Shown here one piece after another: positions 47,718 to 58,740 of a stretch of DNA of 64,000 nucleotides. Made by a program: the position numbers and the translations under genes. Source of the DNA: Candidatus Hydrogenedentota bacterium (GTDB taxonomy: Bacteria > Hydrogenedentota > Hydrogenedentia > Hydrogenedentales > SLHB01); assembly GCA_963674865.2 (NCBI GenBank), contig CAXXYE010000009.1, forward strand, positions 1,440,001 through 1,504,000, given 5' to 3'. The notes beneath the pieces are model-generated. The model did no database searches and was not told the DNA's origin. It worked only from the letters and a program-made list of their open reading frames with translations. How positions within the stretch are numbered: position 1 is the first letter of the stretch; every line of letters begins with the position of its first letter.

Positions 47718-48872
47718 CTAGAGCCACCCCGTCATCTCGGCAAGCTGAAGCGAATAGTCTTGGAAGTTAGCCCACGAGACATCCGGCGGCACGCCGTGGT
47801 CGCATCCGGGGACATAGCCGCCATCCTCGACCACCGGCCGGACGCGCTCAAGTTCAGCCTTCAGGATATCCCCGCCCGCCGCCATGGCGCGCTTGTCGAT
47901 GCCGCCGCGATAGGCGATCTTCTTGCCGAACCGCTTGCGATACTCGTTGATATCGTTTCCAGCGGCGACCTCCATGGGATCCACGCAGTTGATCCCGCAT
48001 TCGAGATACACGGGGATGAGCTGATCGATGCGCCCGTCCGAATCGACCGCGCAGATTTTGGCGCCGTGGGCCTTGCCGAATTCCACCCAGGCCCGGTAGC
48101 TCGGCGCGCAGAACTCGCGCGTCATATCCGGGCCGATCATGGGATGCTCTTTGTAGGCCATATCCTCGGAGAAGTGCAGCCCATCCGGCTCCGCCAACTC
48201 GAAGATGGGGCGCATCGTCTCCATCGTGAACTCGAGCCAGAAATCCGCCATGGCATGCACCAAGTCCGGCTGCGTCAACATGAGCATGCAGAGCCCTTCC
48301 ATGCCGCAGAACTCGCGCAACTGCCAGAACGGCCCGTTGAAATGCACTTCGAGGTAGTAATCCCGCTCGCGAAGTTGGGCGCAGCGCTCCTCGAAATCCT
48401 CGGGAAAACGCTTCGGATCTTTTGGATTGAACCGCCACTTCATGTTTTCCCAGTCTTCCCAACTCTCCACCGGGAACTTGTGCCACTTGCGCGTCACAAA
48501 ATCCTTCGCGGAGCGGATGTACGTGTAGTCGTACGTGTCCGAGATCTCGGTGATGGCGCCCATCCAGTCCTGGACGATGTAGTGGCCGTCTTTATGTTCC
48601 AACACCTTTTCCTCGAAGGTGGGGAGCATCGCGAACGACACGCCGTGACTTGTCACCGGCTTCTTCGGGCGGAAATCACCCGGCGGCAATCCCTTCTCCG
48701 CGCGCTTGGCATCGATGAGCTTCAGCACTTCCTCAACCGGATTGGCCCCCTCCGGCATGCCCTGTTCCGTCCACGCCTTCCGCGTCGATTCACGCCCCCC
48801 GCCGGGACTGAACGGGATCTTATCCGGTTTGCCGAACAGAATCGTCTCGAGAAAACGCTCGCGAGGTGTCAT
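47718..48872 (-). CDS. Uroporphyrinogen decarboxylase / cobamide methyltransferase (URO-D/CIMS-like) family protein
   Basis: MTPRERF start, SEDMAYK, VDSDG, GGIDKR, GGYVPGCDHGVPPDVS. Confidence 0.88.
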   Translation of the reverse strand: MTPRERFLETILFGKPDKIPFSPGGGRESTRKAWTEQGMPEGANPVEEVLKLIDAKRAEKGLPPGDFRPKKPVTSHGVSFAMLPTFEEKVLEHKDGHYIVQDWMGAITEISDTYDYTYIRSAKDFVTRKWHKFPVESWEDWENMKWRFNPKDPKRFPEDFEERCAQLRERDYYLEVHFNGPFWQLREFCGMEGLCMLMLTQPDLVHAMADFWLEFTMETMRPIFELAEPDGLHFSEDMAYKEHPMIGPDMTREFCAPSYRAWVEFGKAHGAKICAVDSDGRIDQLIPVYLECGINCVDPMEVAAGNDINEYRKRFGKKIAYRGGIDKRAMAAGGDILKAELERVRPVVEDGGYVPGCDHGVPPDVSWANFQDYSLQLAEMTGWL

Positions 48873-48943
48873 CACGCTCCCCTTATTTGCCCATCGCTTT
48901 CGCAACCGCGCCAAGAGATTGCCCGGAAGTGTAGGCGGAAGAT

Positions 48944-48987
48944 GGGGACTGACACAAGCGAAGTGAAGCGCCGACGTGTCCGTCCCC
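48944..48987. repeat. Hairpin core of the dispersed repeat, copy C
   Basis: GGGGACTGACACAAGCG...CGTGTCCGTCCCC just downstream of the tyrS stop. Confidence 0.8.
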
Positions 48988-48999
48988 GGTTTCCGCTGC

Positions 49000-50271
49000 T
49001 TACACGAACTTGAGCAAGTGGTAGTTCTTCTTGCCGGTTCGGACAACGGCGATGTGCTCTGAAATGAGACTATCCGTCGTCAGCTTGGCCTCGTGGCTGT
49101 CTATGCGCACGTTGTTGAGATATAGGCCGCCGCTTTGAACCATTCGCCTGGCCTCGCCTTTGCTCTTGAAGACGCCGCATTCGGCCAGCACATCGATCAA
49201 CGCTCCGCCCGCGCTCAATTCCGCGCGGGGACGCTCGCTCGAAGGCGCCTCGCTGAACACATCCTCAAGGGTGGCGTCGTCGAGTCCGGCCAGTTCGCCG
49301 CCGAATAGTGCCTGCGAAGCGCGGATGGCGTTCTTGAGGGCCTCCTCGCCGTGGATGAGCCGCGTGACCTCCTCGGCGAGCCGCCGCTGGGCGGCGCGCT
49401 TCTCCGGGGCCTCAGAGACCTTCTCCTCGAGGGAGGCGATTTCCTCCTTGCCGAGGAGGGTCATCAACCGGAGCAGCCGGGACACGTCGGCGTCGGCCTG
49501 GTTCAACAGGAACTGGTACATCTTGTACGGGGACGTGCGGTTGGCGTCCAGCCACACATTGCCGCTCTCGCTCTTGCCGAACTTGGCGCCGTCTGCCTTG
49601 GTGAGCAGCGGGAAAGTCATGCCGAACGTCTCGGAGCCCCTGAGGCGGCGCGTGAGGTCCATCCCTGCCACGATGTTCCCCCACTGATCGCTCCCGCCCA
49701 CCTGAAGCCGGCAGCCATGCGTGTCGTGCAGGTGAAGGAAATCGTAAGCCTGGAGCAAGCTGTAGGAGAACTCGGTGAACGAAATGCCGTGATCGCGATC
49801 CTCGAGTCGGCGCTTGACGGATTCGCGCGCAATCATCACGTTGACGGAGAAGTGTTTGCCCACGTCCCGGAGGAATTCGATCAGCGAGAACGGTGTGAGC
49901 CAGTCGGCGTTATTGACGATAATCGCCGCATTTTCTCCTTCAAAGTCCAGAAATCGCTCAATTTGGGAACGCTGTCCCGCGATGTTGGCCTCAATGGCGT
50001 CTCGATCGAGGAGTTGCCGCTCGTCCGTCTTGCCGCTCGGGTCGCCGATCATTCCCGTTGCCCCGCCCATGAGTACGATGGGCTTGTGGCCGTGCATCTG
50101 AAGCAGACGCAGGCCGATAAAGGGGAGGACCTGGCCAATGTGCAGGCTATCCGCCGTGGGATCGAAACCGCAGTAGAAAGTGAATCGCTCCTTGGCGAGG
50201 TGGTCGCCAAGTTCCTCGTGCGTTAATTGGTTGACAAATCCACGCCATTGTAGTTCTTCAAAAACGTTCAT
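49000..50271 (-). CDS. tyrS: Tyrosine--tRNA ligase
   Basis: YCGFDPTADSLHIG, QVGGSDQWGNI, KFGKS, C-terminal S4 domain. Confidence 0.97.
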   Translation of the reverse strand: MNVFEELQWRGFVNQLTHEELGDHLAKERFTFYCGFDPTADSLHIGQVLPFIGLRLLQMHGHKPIVLMGGATGMIGDPSGKTDERQLLDRDAIEANIAGQRSQIERFLDFEGENAAIIVNNADWLTPFSLIEFLRDVGKHFSVNVMIARESVKRRLEDRDHGISFTEFSYSLLQAYDFLHLHDTHGCRLQVGGSDQWGNIVAGMDLTRRLRGSETFGMTFPLLTKADGAKFGKSESGNVWLDANRTSPYKMYQFLLNQADADVSRLLRLMTLLGKEEIASLEEKVSEAPEKRAAQRRLAEEVTRLIHGEEALKNAIRASQALFGGELAGLDDATLEDVFSEAPSSERPRAELSAGGALIDVLAECGVFKSKGEARRMVQSGGLYLNNVRIDSHEAKLTTDSLISEHIAVVRTGKKNYHLLKFV

Positions 50272-50775
50272 CGGTTATCTCCAGATACAGAGTATCCATC
50301 GCTCAGGATGCATGACGATCTGGGGGCCGAGCCCCAGGGAATTGCATTAGAAGAAGGGTAGGTTCAGGCGCGTGGGTACGACAGGCAGACACACAACGTG
50401 TCTGCCCATTCTCCTTTATCCCGGTTCTTTCCATGCCCCGTACGCATGCCGGGAGTCTACCAAATCCTGGCCGGGGCTTCAAAGGCCGCCGCGCCTCGGA
50501 CGTCAGGCCTCCCGTGGTTCGGTATCGCAAGTGATTGGCGTACAAGATGTTCTCGGTAGGGGCGATCCCACCTGAGAAGCCGGCACGACTCGAGTGGCGC
50601 GTTGGCCGATAGACAAGGCAGCACCAAGTGGCTGTCTGAACAGTTCGGACTCGCCGGCGACGAATGGACGGCCAGTCGTTCTGTATGCTATGGTAGATAC
50701 TGCTATAATGGCGGTGTTCCGTCGAAGCGCCCGGCCTCGTAAGGCCCCGTGTCCAAGAACTTTGGGGCCATCGGC

Positions 50776-50805
50776 TTGACATAGCCGCCGGGCGTATGTT
50801 AGCGT
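50776..50805 (+). promoter_or_regulatory. Promoter of the tRNA-tuf operon
   Basis: TTGACA-18 bp-TAGCGT with extended -10 TGn. Confidence 0.55.
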
Positions 50806-50855
50806 ATCGCATCGCCGCCTACATGCGAGGCGGCGGTTGGTTTTATGGGAGTTCC

Positions 50856-50931
50856 GCTGGCGTAGCTCAGTTGGTAGAGCAACGGATTTGTAATCCGTAG
50901 GTCGGGGGTTCGACTCCCTTCGCCAGCTCCA
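50856..50931 (+). tRNA. tRNA-Thr(TGT)
   Basis: 76-nt cloverleaf, ACGGA-TTTGTAA-TCCGT, CCA. Confidence 0.96.
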
Positions 50932-50973
50932 GTTTTATCGTGTAGTGTGACGCGCGGTAGGCGCTGACCACGT

Positions 50974-51058
50974 GGTGGGTTGTCCGAGTGGTTAAAGGAG
51001 ACGGGCTGTAAACCCGTTGGCTTAGCCTACGTTGGTTCGAATCCAACACCCACCACCA
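50974..51058 (+). tRNA. tRNA-Tyr(GTA)
   Basis: ACGGG-CTGTAAA-CCCGT, variable arm, CCA. Confidence 0.96.
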
Positions 51059-51077
51059 TTTTTTGGCTGTGGGCTGG

Positions 51078-51154
51078 GCGGGAATAGCTCAGTTGGCTAG
51101 AGCATCAGCCTTCCAAGCTGAGGGTCGCGGGTTCGAACCCCGTTTCCCGCTCCA
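51078..51154 (+). tRNA. tRNA-Gly(TCC)
   Basis: GCGGGAA/TTCCCGC acceptor stem, TCAGC-CTTCCAA-GCTGA, CCA. Confidence 0.96.
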
Positions 51155-51167
51155 TGTATTTTCGTGA

Positions 51168-51243
51168 GCCCGCGTAGCTCAGTCGGTAGAGCACCTGCAT
51201 GGTAAGCAGGTGGTCACCAGTTCGATTCTGGTCGTGGGCTCCA
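51168..51243 (+). tRNA. tRNA-Thr(GGT)
   Basis: CCTGC-ATGGTAA-GCAGG, CCA. Confidence 0.95.
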
Positions 51244-51340
51244 TTTTTCATATGTATATGTTCGTTCGATAGCAGCGCTTCAAGGGACCACTTGGGTGTA
51301 GGCCGCTGCAGGGCGCACGCATAAGGAGGAAAGACAGGCG

Positions 51341-52534
<1,194 letters not shown>

Positions 52535-52589
52535 GACCACGAAAGAGAGGGCCCGGCCCGACTTGAACGCCGGGTAGTTGTGAAGCATA

Positions 52590-52739
52590 ATGCGCGAGAC
52601 CGTTACTCTGCAGTGCACCGAATGCAAGCGCCGGAATTATATGGCCACCCGCGATAAGCGGAAGAAGCCGGAGCGGCTCGAGCTGAAGAAGTACTGCAGA
52701 TTCGACCGCAAACACACGGTGCACCGGGAAACACGCTAG
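52590..52739 (+). CDS. rpmG: 50S ribosomal protein L33
   Basis: Hand-translated: [49 protein letters not shown]; canonical position after tuf. Confidence 0.96.
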   Translation: MRETVTLQCTECKRRNYMATRDKRKKPERLELKKYCRFDRKHTVHRETR

Positions 52740-52769
52740 TGCGCGTGGCGCGGTCCCGGGTTTTGCTGC

Positions 52770-52846
52770 AGGTCTGTAGCTCAATCGGCTAGAGCAGCGG
52801 CCTCCAAAGCCGAAGGTTGGGGGTTCGAGTCCCTCCAGGCCTGCCA
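52770..52846 (+). tRNA. tRNA-Trp(CCA)
   Basis: CGGC-CTCCAAA-GCCG, G73, CCA; canonical position before secE. Confidence 0.95.
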
Positions 52847-52890
52847 TTTCTTGTTCTGTTCTCGTTACGTGTTCACAGTGAGAGGAAGCC

Positions 52891-53121
52891 ATGGCGAAGC
52901 AAGGTGTCGCGGTGAACCAGCGGGCAAACCCTTTGCGCCGTGCGAAGGAGTTTTTCCAGGAAGTAAAGGTCGAAATGTCGAAGGTTGCCTGGCCCAGCCG
53001 TGAGGAGTTGAAGCTCAACACCACGGTTGTGCTCATGCTGTTGGGCACCTTGGCTTTGACCGTTGGCGTCTTTGACGTAGTGTTTCAGTTTATCGTGATG
53101 TGGGTTACAAGTCTCGTTTAA
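52891..53121 (+). CDS. secE: Preprotein translocase subunit SecE
   Basis: EVKVEMSKVAWPSREEL plus a single TM. Confidence 0.95.
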   Translation: MAKQGVAVNQRANPLRRAKEFFQEVKVEMSKVAWPSREELKLNTTVVLMLLGTLALTVGVFDVVFQFIVMWVTSLV

Positions 53122-53133
53122 GGGAGCCACGAA

Positions 53134-53778
53134 GTGTCGGAAGAACAGACGCCCATAGACGTCCCCGAGGAAGAGGACGACGTAGCCGAGGGCGAGAAGG
53201 CTTCTGAAATGGTCTTCGTTGACCCTGACGACGGGGTCAATCGCCGTTGGTATGCCATTCACGCGCACTCCGGCCAAGAGGGAAATGTCAAGAAGAACCT
53301 CCTGCGCCTGGCGGAACAAGAGAATCTGTCTGATCTCCTTGCCGGCGTGCTTGTTCCTATGGAGGAGGTGGCGGAGATCCGCTCAGGCGAGAAGAAGATC
53401 TCGAAGCGGAAGTTTTTCCCCGGCTACGTGCTGGTCCGTCTTCCCGAACATCCCGAGCGCAATCCCGACCTATGGCACCTGGTGAAGAACACACCAGGCG
53501 TTACCGGATTCATCGGCTCTCGGACGGTGCCCGTGCCCCTTGAGGATGCCGAGGTCAACGCGATTCTGGAAGAGATTCGCGGCGAGCGGGAGCGGCCGAA
53601 GCCCAAGGTCAAGTTCGAGGACGGCGAACGCATTAAGATTATTGACGGCCCCTTCTCGAACTTCATGGGCAATATTGCCGAAGTGAATATCGAGCGGGGC
53701 ACGCTGAAGATTATGGTAGAGATCTTCGAGCGCCTCACGAGTGTTGAAGTGGAATTCTGGCAAGTGGAGAAGATCTAA
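53134..53778 (+). CDS. nusG: Transcription termination/antitermination factor NusG
   Basis: [31 protein letters not shown]; acidic N-terminal extension. Confidence 0.96.
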   Translation: MSEEQTPIDVPEEEDDVAEGEKASEMVFVDPDDGVNRRWYAIHAHSGQEGNVKKNLLRLAEQENLSDLLAGVLVPMEEVAEIRSGEKKISKRKFFPGYVLVRLPEHPERNPDLWHLVKNTPGVTGFIGSRTVPVPLEDAEVNAILEEIRGERERPKPKVKFEDGERIKIIDGPFSNFMGNIAEVNIERGTLKIMVEIFERLTSVEVEFWQVEKI

Positions 53779-53825
53779 ACGGTTGCACGGTTCGTGCACT
53801 GGATTGCACACGGAGAATAGCCCCG

Positions 53826-54257
53826 ATGCCCCCCAAGAAGAGAGAGACAGCCAAAATCAAGCTGCAGTGTCCCGCCGGCCAAGCCAATCCCGCCCCTCCC
53901 GTGGGGCCCGCGCTGGGCCAGCACGGCGTCAATATCATGGACTTCTGCAAACAATTCAATGAACGGACTAAGGACCAGCAGGGACTCATTATCCCTGTCG
54001 TGATCTCGGTGTTCGAAGACCGGAGTTTCAGTTTCATCACCAAGACTCCGCCTGCGGCAGTGCTTCTCAAGCGTGCCGCGAAGCTCGCGAAGGGCTCCGG
54101 CGAACCGAACAAGGAGAAGGTCGGTGCCGTCACGAAGGCCGACGTCAAGGAAATCGCCGAACTGAAGATGAAGGATCTGAACGCGGCGGATGTTGATGCC
54201 GCAATGCGTATGGTAATGGGCACGGCCCGGAGTATGGGCATTCGTGTCGAAGGCTGA
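53826..54257 (+). CDS. rplK: 50S ribosomal protein L11
   Basis: [30 protein letters not shown]. Confidence 0.98.
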   Translation: MPPKKRETAKIKLQCPAGQANPAPPVGPALGQHGVNIMDFCKQFNERTKDQQGLIIPVVISVFEDRSFSFITKTPPAAVLLKRAAKLAKGSGEPNKEKVGAVTKADVKEIAELKMKDLNAADVDAAMRMVMGTARSMGIRVEG

Positions 54258-54318
54258 CGTTATTCCGGGGGAACCAGGCCCCCTTGGGAAAGGTCGGTAG
54301 ACCAGGTATGTGAAAAAA

Positions 54319-54348
54319 GTGGGAGGGCCGTAGAGCCCGTTGGACCAC
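54319..54348 (+). promoter_or_regulatory. L1-binding autoregulatory mRNA element upstream of rplA
   Basis: GTGGGAG-GGC...GCCC-GTTGG-ACCAC hairpin with internal loop adjacent to the rplA SD (AGGAGG), the known position and shape of L1 leaders. Confidence 0.65.
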
Positions 54349-54364
54349 AGGAGGCAAGTAGGAA

Positions 54365-55084
54365 ATGGCTCACAGAAGCAAGCGTTACACGGCCGTGCGT
54401 GAGAAAATCGGCCGAGATCAAACCTTCAGTCTAGCTGAGGCCGCGGCAGGCGTCAAAGAATGCGCCACCGCCAAGTTCGACGAAACCATCGAGCTTGCCT
54501 TCTTCCTCGGCGTCGATCCTCGTCATGCGGAACAGATGGTTCGCGGCTCCGTCTCCCTCCCTCATGGTACCGGTAAGTCGGTTCGGGTGGTGGTCTTCTG
54601 CAAACAAGAGGCGCAGCAGGCCGCTGCGCGAGAGGCCGGGGCGGAAGAAGTCGGCGCGGAGGAACTCGTGGCCAAGGTGCAGGGCGGCTGGACCGATTTC
54701 GATGCGGCCGTGGCGGCGCCCGACATGATGCGCGATGTTGGTAAGCTGGGACGCGTGCTCGGGCCCCGCGGTCTAATGCCCAGTCCGAAAGCGGGCACGG
54801 TGACTCCCGATGTCGGCGAGGCTGTGAAGGACATCAAGAAGGGCAAGATCGACTTTCGCGTGGACAAGAACGCAAACATCCACGTGCCGGTTGGAAAGGC
54901 CTCCTTCGCGAAGGAGCAGATTGAGGAAAACGCCGCTGCCGTAATCGAAACCATTGTCCGGGCACGGCCGTCGGCCTGCAAAGGCACCTACCTTAAGTCC
55001 TGTGCCATAAGCAGTACAATGGGGCCGGGATTCAGGCTGGACCCGGCTGTCCTGGTGGCAGGTGTCCGGGGCAGTGGCAGCTAG
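54365..55084 (+). CDS. rplA: 50S ribosomal protein L1
   Basis: [36 protein letters not shown]. Confidence 0.98.
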   Translation: MAHRSKRYTAVREKIGRDQTFSLAEAAAGVKECATAKFDETIELAFFLGVDPRHAEQMVRGSVSLPHGTGKSVRVVVFCKQEAQQAAAREAGAEEVGAEELVAKVQGGWTDFDAAVAAPDMMRDVGKLGRVLGPRGLMPSPKAGTVTPDVGEAVKDIKKGKIDFRVDKNANIHVPVGKASFAKEQIEENAAAVIETIVRARPSACKGTYLKSCAISSTMGPGFRLDPAVLVAGVRGSGS

Positions 55085-55143
55085 TGAAAGACCATCCATC
55101 AGAGACGGTGGATTCATCAATGTCTTAACCTGGAGAACGTGGC

Positions 55144-56313
55144 ATGATCGTTGATGGCAAGAAAGTTCTTTTCACCTCAGAATCGGTAACCGAGGGCCAT
55201 CCCGACAAAGTGGCCGATGCCGTGTCCGATGCCGTCCTCGACGCGATGATCGCGCAGGACCCCACAAGCCGCGTCGCTTGCGAAACACTCATCAAGACCG
55301 GCATATGTGTTGTAGCCGGTGAGATTACATCCAAGGCCAAGGTTGACATTGTCGATGTCGTCCGCGGCGCCATCCGCGATATCGGATACGTTGGGGGAGA
55401 CTCAGGTTTCGACGCCGACACATGCGCCGTTCACGTTGCCATTAGCAAGCAGTCTCCTGATATTTCCCAGGGCGTCACGGCTACCAAGAGCCACGAGCAG
55501 GGCGCCGGCGATCAGGGCATGATGTTTGGTTACGCATGTGACGAGACGCGCGAACTGATGCCCCTTCCCATACTCTTGGCCCACAAACTCGGGCTTCGCC
55601 TCTCCAAACTGCGCCGGAGTGGCGAGATCGACTGGCTTCTTCCTGATGGCAAGTCACAGGTGACGGTCGAGTATTCGGAGGGAAGGCCGGTTCGCATTGA
55701 CACGGTCGTCATCTCGAACCATCACCGGCCGGGCGTGTCGCAGAAAGAAATCCGCAAGCAGGTCATCAAACACGTGTGCGAGCCCATCATCCCGAAGAAG
55801 CTTATCAACGGGCGCGTCAAGTATCACGTGAATCCCACCGGGGCCTTCGAAGTCGGCGGGCCCGTGGGTGATTGCGGCGTCACGGGGCGCAAGATCATCG
55901 TTGATACGTACGGCGGCATGGGGCGCCACGGGGGCGGCGCTTTCAGCGGCAAAGACCCGTCCAAAGTGGACCGCTCCGCGGCCTATATGGCCCGCTATAT
56001 TGCGAAGAACGTCGTGGCCGCCGGCATCGCCGCCCGTTGCGAAGTGCAACTCGCTTACGCTATCGGCGTTGCCGAACCTGTCTCCGTCAACGTCACCACC
56101 TTTGGCACCGGGAAGATCTCCGACGAGAAACTCGGAAAAATCTTGAAGGACCATTTCGATTGTGCCCCGGCACGTATCATCAAGCAGCTTGACTTGCGCA
56201 AGCCCATTTTCCGCAAGACCGTGGCCTACGGTCATTTCGGCCGGACGAATCAAGGCTTCAAATGGGAGAAGACCGACCAGGCCGACGCATTGCGGAGGAA
56301 AGCCGGTTTGTGA
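55144..56313 (+). CDS. metK: S-adenosylmethionine synthetase
   Basis: [35 protein letters not shown]. Confidence 0.98.
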   Translation: MIVDGKKVLFTSESVTEGHPDKVADAVSDAVLDAMIAQDPTSRVACETLIKTGICVVAGEITSKAKVDIVDVVRGAIRDIGYVGGDSGFDADTCAVHVAISKQSPDISQGVTATKSHEQGAGDQGMMFGYACDETRELMPLPILLAHKLGLRLSKLRRSGEIDWLLPDGKSQVTVEYSEGRPVRIDTVVISNHHRPGVSQKEIRKQVIKHVCEPIIPKKLINGRVKYHVNPTGAFEVGGPVGDCGVTGRKIIVDTYGGMGRHGGGAFSGKDPSKVDRSAAYMARYIAKNVVAAGIAARCEVQLAYAIGVAEPVSVNVTTFGTGKISDEKLGKILKDHFDCAPARIIKQLDLRKPIFRKTVAYGHFGRTNQGFKWEKTDQADALRRKAGL

Positions 56314-56340
56314 GTCTCAAGGTAAGACAATCCTAGCATT

Positions 56341-56374
56341 GGCAGGGCGCACGAAAGTGCGCCCTGTTGTTTTT
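56341..56374 (+). terminator. Intrinsic terminator after metK
   Basis: GGCAGGGCGCAC-GAAA-GTGCGCCCTGTT followed by GTTTTT. Confidence 0.85.
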
Positions 56375-56410
56375 CTGTGTCAACGCGGAAGAGGGGAGTG
56401 TCGCCAAATC

Positions 56411-56563
56411 ATGAAAGTGCAAGACTTCGCGTACCGGGTGGCCCTGCGTACCATCGAGATACTCGAGGAGACGCAACATTACAAAATCCCCGAGGCCACG
56501 CGCAAAGACGTGACTGAGAGGATCCAGCAGGAATTGGACAAGCTGATCCACTCCTCGAATTGA
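56411..56563 (+). CDS. Small hypothetical protein (50 aa)
   Basis: GAGGGGAG RBS; MKVQDFAYRVALRTIEILEETQHYKIPEATRKDVTERIQQELDKLIHSSN, amphipathic helical pattern. Confidence 0.7.
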   Translation: MKVQDFAYRVALRTIEILEETQHYKIPEATRKDVTERIQQELDKLIHSSN

Positions 56564-56851
56564 CAGACTGCCTCCCGCTCGCCCGGGCCGCTGGCATGGA
56601 CGTGACTTCATCGATGCCGCTTTGCGTGGCTTGCGACATTCATCGGCGCCTTGACTCCGAGGCCTTACGGCCGTCCTTGAGACGCCACTGCGGAGACGCT
56701 GGAGGTGCGGCCAGAAAGCCACCGAATGACGGGAACCGACAGTTCTGGGCATTGAAACAAGAGGACTTACGAATGCTTTCTGGCCGCATCCCACCAGGAA
56801 CCGCGCTTTCAGGCCAGACCTCTAAACTCCCCTCGAAAGGAACACGGCTCC

Positions 56852-58336
56852 ATGCTTGAGACCATTGACCTCAAGGCGTCCTTGCACAAGGCAGAGTACA
56901 AAGAGGCGCAGACGGCGCTTGACCTCCGCCTCGCCAAGTTCCAGCGGGACCTGCGCGAGGCCGGTATCCCCGTACTTGTCGCCTTTGAGGGCTGGGACGC
57001 AGCGGGCAAAGGGTCCGTCATGAGTCGCCTCCTCCAGCCCTTGGATCCTCGCGGCTTCACTGTGCACAACATCGGCCCCGCCACCGAAGAAGAGCGCCTG
57101 CGCCCGCCTTTGTGGAGGTTCTGGAACCGGACACCCTCCGATGGAAACATCGCCATTTTCAACCACAGTTGGTACCGAGAGGTATTGCACGAGCGCGTCG
57201 ATGGCGATGTGAAGCGGCGCGACCTGCCCGACGCTTACGAGCGCATCCGCGTTTTCGAACGGCAATTGGCCGATGATGGCGCCGTCATCGTGAAGTTCTT
57301 CCTTCACATCAGCAAGAAGGAGCAGGCGAAGCGGTTCAAAAAACTCAGTGAGGACCCCGCGTTTGCATGGAAGGTAGGTAAGGCCGAGCGCCGTCGTCAT
57401 AAGCAATATGAAGCCTACTACGAAGCCGCGGAGGATATGCTGCGCGAGACGTCCACTCCCCAGGCCCCATGGACGCTTGTACCGGCCTCCGACGACCGCT
57501 TCGCCTGCGTTCAGGTAGGCGAGGCCCTTGCCGCCGCCTTCGGCAAGGCGCTGGATAGGCCGACGGCGCGCAAGCCGGCGAAGGCCAAGCCTTCCCGCCG
57601 CCGTACGAGCCCTTTTGACCGTGTTGACTTGAACTTGGCGCTTCCCGACAAGGAGTACGACAAAGACCTTCCCGAGTTGCAGGGCGAACTGCGCCGTCTA
57701 CAGCACCTTTGCTACGTGCAGCGGACGCCCGTCGTCATCGTTTACGAAGGGTGGGACGCGGCCGGGAAGGGGGGCAACATCCGCCGCGTCGTGCGCGAGT
57801 TGGACCCGCGCGGCTACGAGGTCATCCCCGTGGCCGCGCCGCAGGGAGACGAGCGTACGCACCATTATTTGTGGCGGTTCTGGAGGGAGTTGCCCAAAGC
57901 CGGCCATATCGCGGTGTTCGACCGAAGCTGGTACGGCCGCGTGATGGTTGAGCGCATCGAAGGATTCGCCACGCCCGACGAATGGATGCGCGCCTACCGC
58001 GAGATAAACGAGTTCGAGAAGCAACTTGTCGAGTACGGGACGGTGCTCCTCAAATTCTGGCTGCACATCTCCAAAGAAGAGCAGCTCAAGCGGTTTGAGG
58101 CACGAAAAGCGACGCCCCACAAGCGCTGGAAGATCACCGACGAGGACTGGCGCAACCGCGAGAAATGGGACGCCTACTGGCACGCCGTGTCCGGCATGAT
58201 CGAGCGGACGTCCACCGCCCATGCGCCATGGACCATCGTCGAGGCAAACGACAAACACTACGCCCGTGTGAAGACGCTCCGCGTCGCCGTCGAACGTATC
58301 ACGACGGCCCTGGACGGCGGCAAGAACGCATCATAG
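56852..58336 (+). CDS. pap: Polyphosphate:AMP phosphotransferase (two-domain PPK2)
   Basis: Two EGWDAAGKG Walker A motifs, FNHSWY and FDRSWY. Confidence 0.93.
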   Translation: MLETIDLKASLHKAEYKEAQTALDLRLAKFQRDLREAGIPVLVAFEGWDAAGKGSVMSRLLQPLDPRGFTVHNIGPATEEERLRPPLWRFWNRTPSDGNIAIFNHSWYREVLHERVDGDVKRRDLPDAYERIRVFERQLADDGAVIVKFFLHISKKEQAKRFKKLSEDPAFAWKVGKAERRRHKQYEAYYEAAEDMLRETSTPQAPWTLVPASDDRFACVQVGEALAAAFGKALDRPTARKPAKAKPSRRRTSPFDRVDLNLALPDKEYDKDLPELQGELRRLQHLCYVQRTPVVIVYEGWDAAGKGGNIRRVVRELDPRGYEVIPVAAPQGDERTHHYLWRFWRELPKAGHIAVFDRSWYGRVMVERIEGFATPDEWMRAYREINEFEKQLVEYGTVLLKFWLHISKEEQLKRFEARKATPHKRWKITDEDWRNREKWDAYWHAVSGMIERTSTAHAPWTIVEANDKHYARVKTLRVAVERITTALDGGKNAS

Positions 58337-58376
58337 GCCCACCCAAGGCCCGCCGCCCCGAACCTTCATCACATCG

Positions 58377-58405
58377 TTGACTTCACTTCGCAGCTTGGCT
58401 AGAAT
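58377..58405 (+). promoter_or_regulatory. Sigma70-type promoter of tRNA-Cys/Leu
   Basis: TTGACT-17 bp-TAGAAT, 10 bp before tRNA-Cys. Confidence 0.75.
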
Positions 58406-58415
58406 ACGGCTGGTA

Positions 58416-58491
58416 GGCGGCATAGCCAAATTGGTAAGGCAGAGGCTTGCAAAGCCTTGTACTCCCGGTTCGAGTCCGGGTGCCGCCTCCA
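58416..58491 (+). tRNA. tRNA-Cys(GCA)
   Basis: GGCGGCA/TGCCGCC acceptor stem, U73, GAGGC-TTGCAAA-GCCTT. Confidence 0.95.
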
Positions 58492-58557
58492 TTCCTTTGT
58501 TGGGACACCCTTTACGGGGCGACATTTCGGCCCTGTAGTGAATCTCGGAAGCTCCCC

Positions 58558-58644
58558 GGGCGAGTGGTGGAATTGGCATACACGGCGGACTTAAAATCCG
58601 CTGCCCGGAAGGGATTGAGGGTTCAAGTCCCTCCTCGCCCACCA
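58558..58644 (+). tRNA. tRNA-Leu(TAA)
   Basis: GGGCGAG/CTCGCCC acceptor stem, A73, GCGGA-CTTAAAA-TCCGC, variable arm. Confidence 0.95.
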
Positions 58645-58740
58645 TCGAATCCCAACGCTTCCCACGCACAGGATCCGGCCCGGCGATCGACGAAGCCCGG
58701 CGTGAGGGGGACGTCGAAACGACTCTTGGGGGGAAACACG

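Noticed and set aside
50272..50600. T-box leader upstream of tyrS
   Set aside because: No GGTGG.ACC T-box motif found; only a short GGCAGACAC/GTGTCTGCC hairpin at about 50384-50406
58447..58740. Upstream extension of the 363-aa ORF
   Set aside because: Overlaps tRNA-Cys and tRNA-Leu; the real start is ATG 58741
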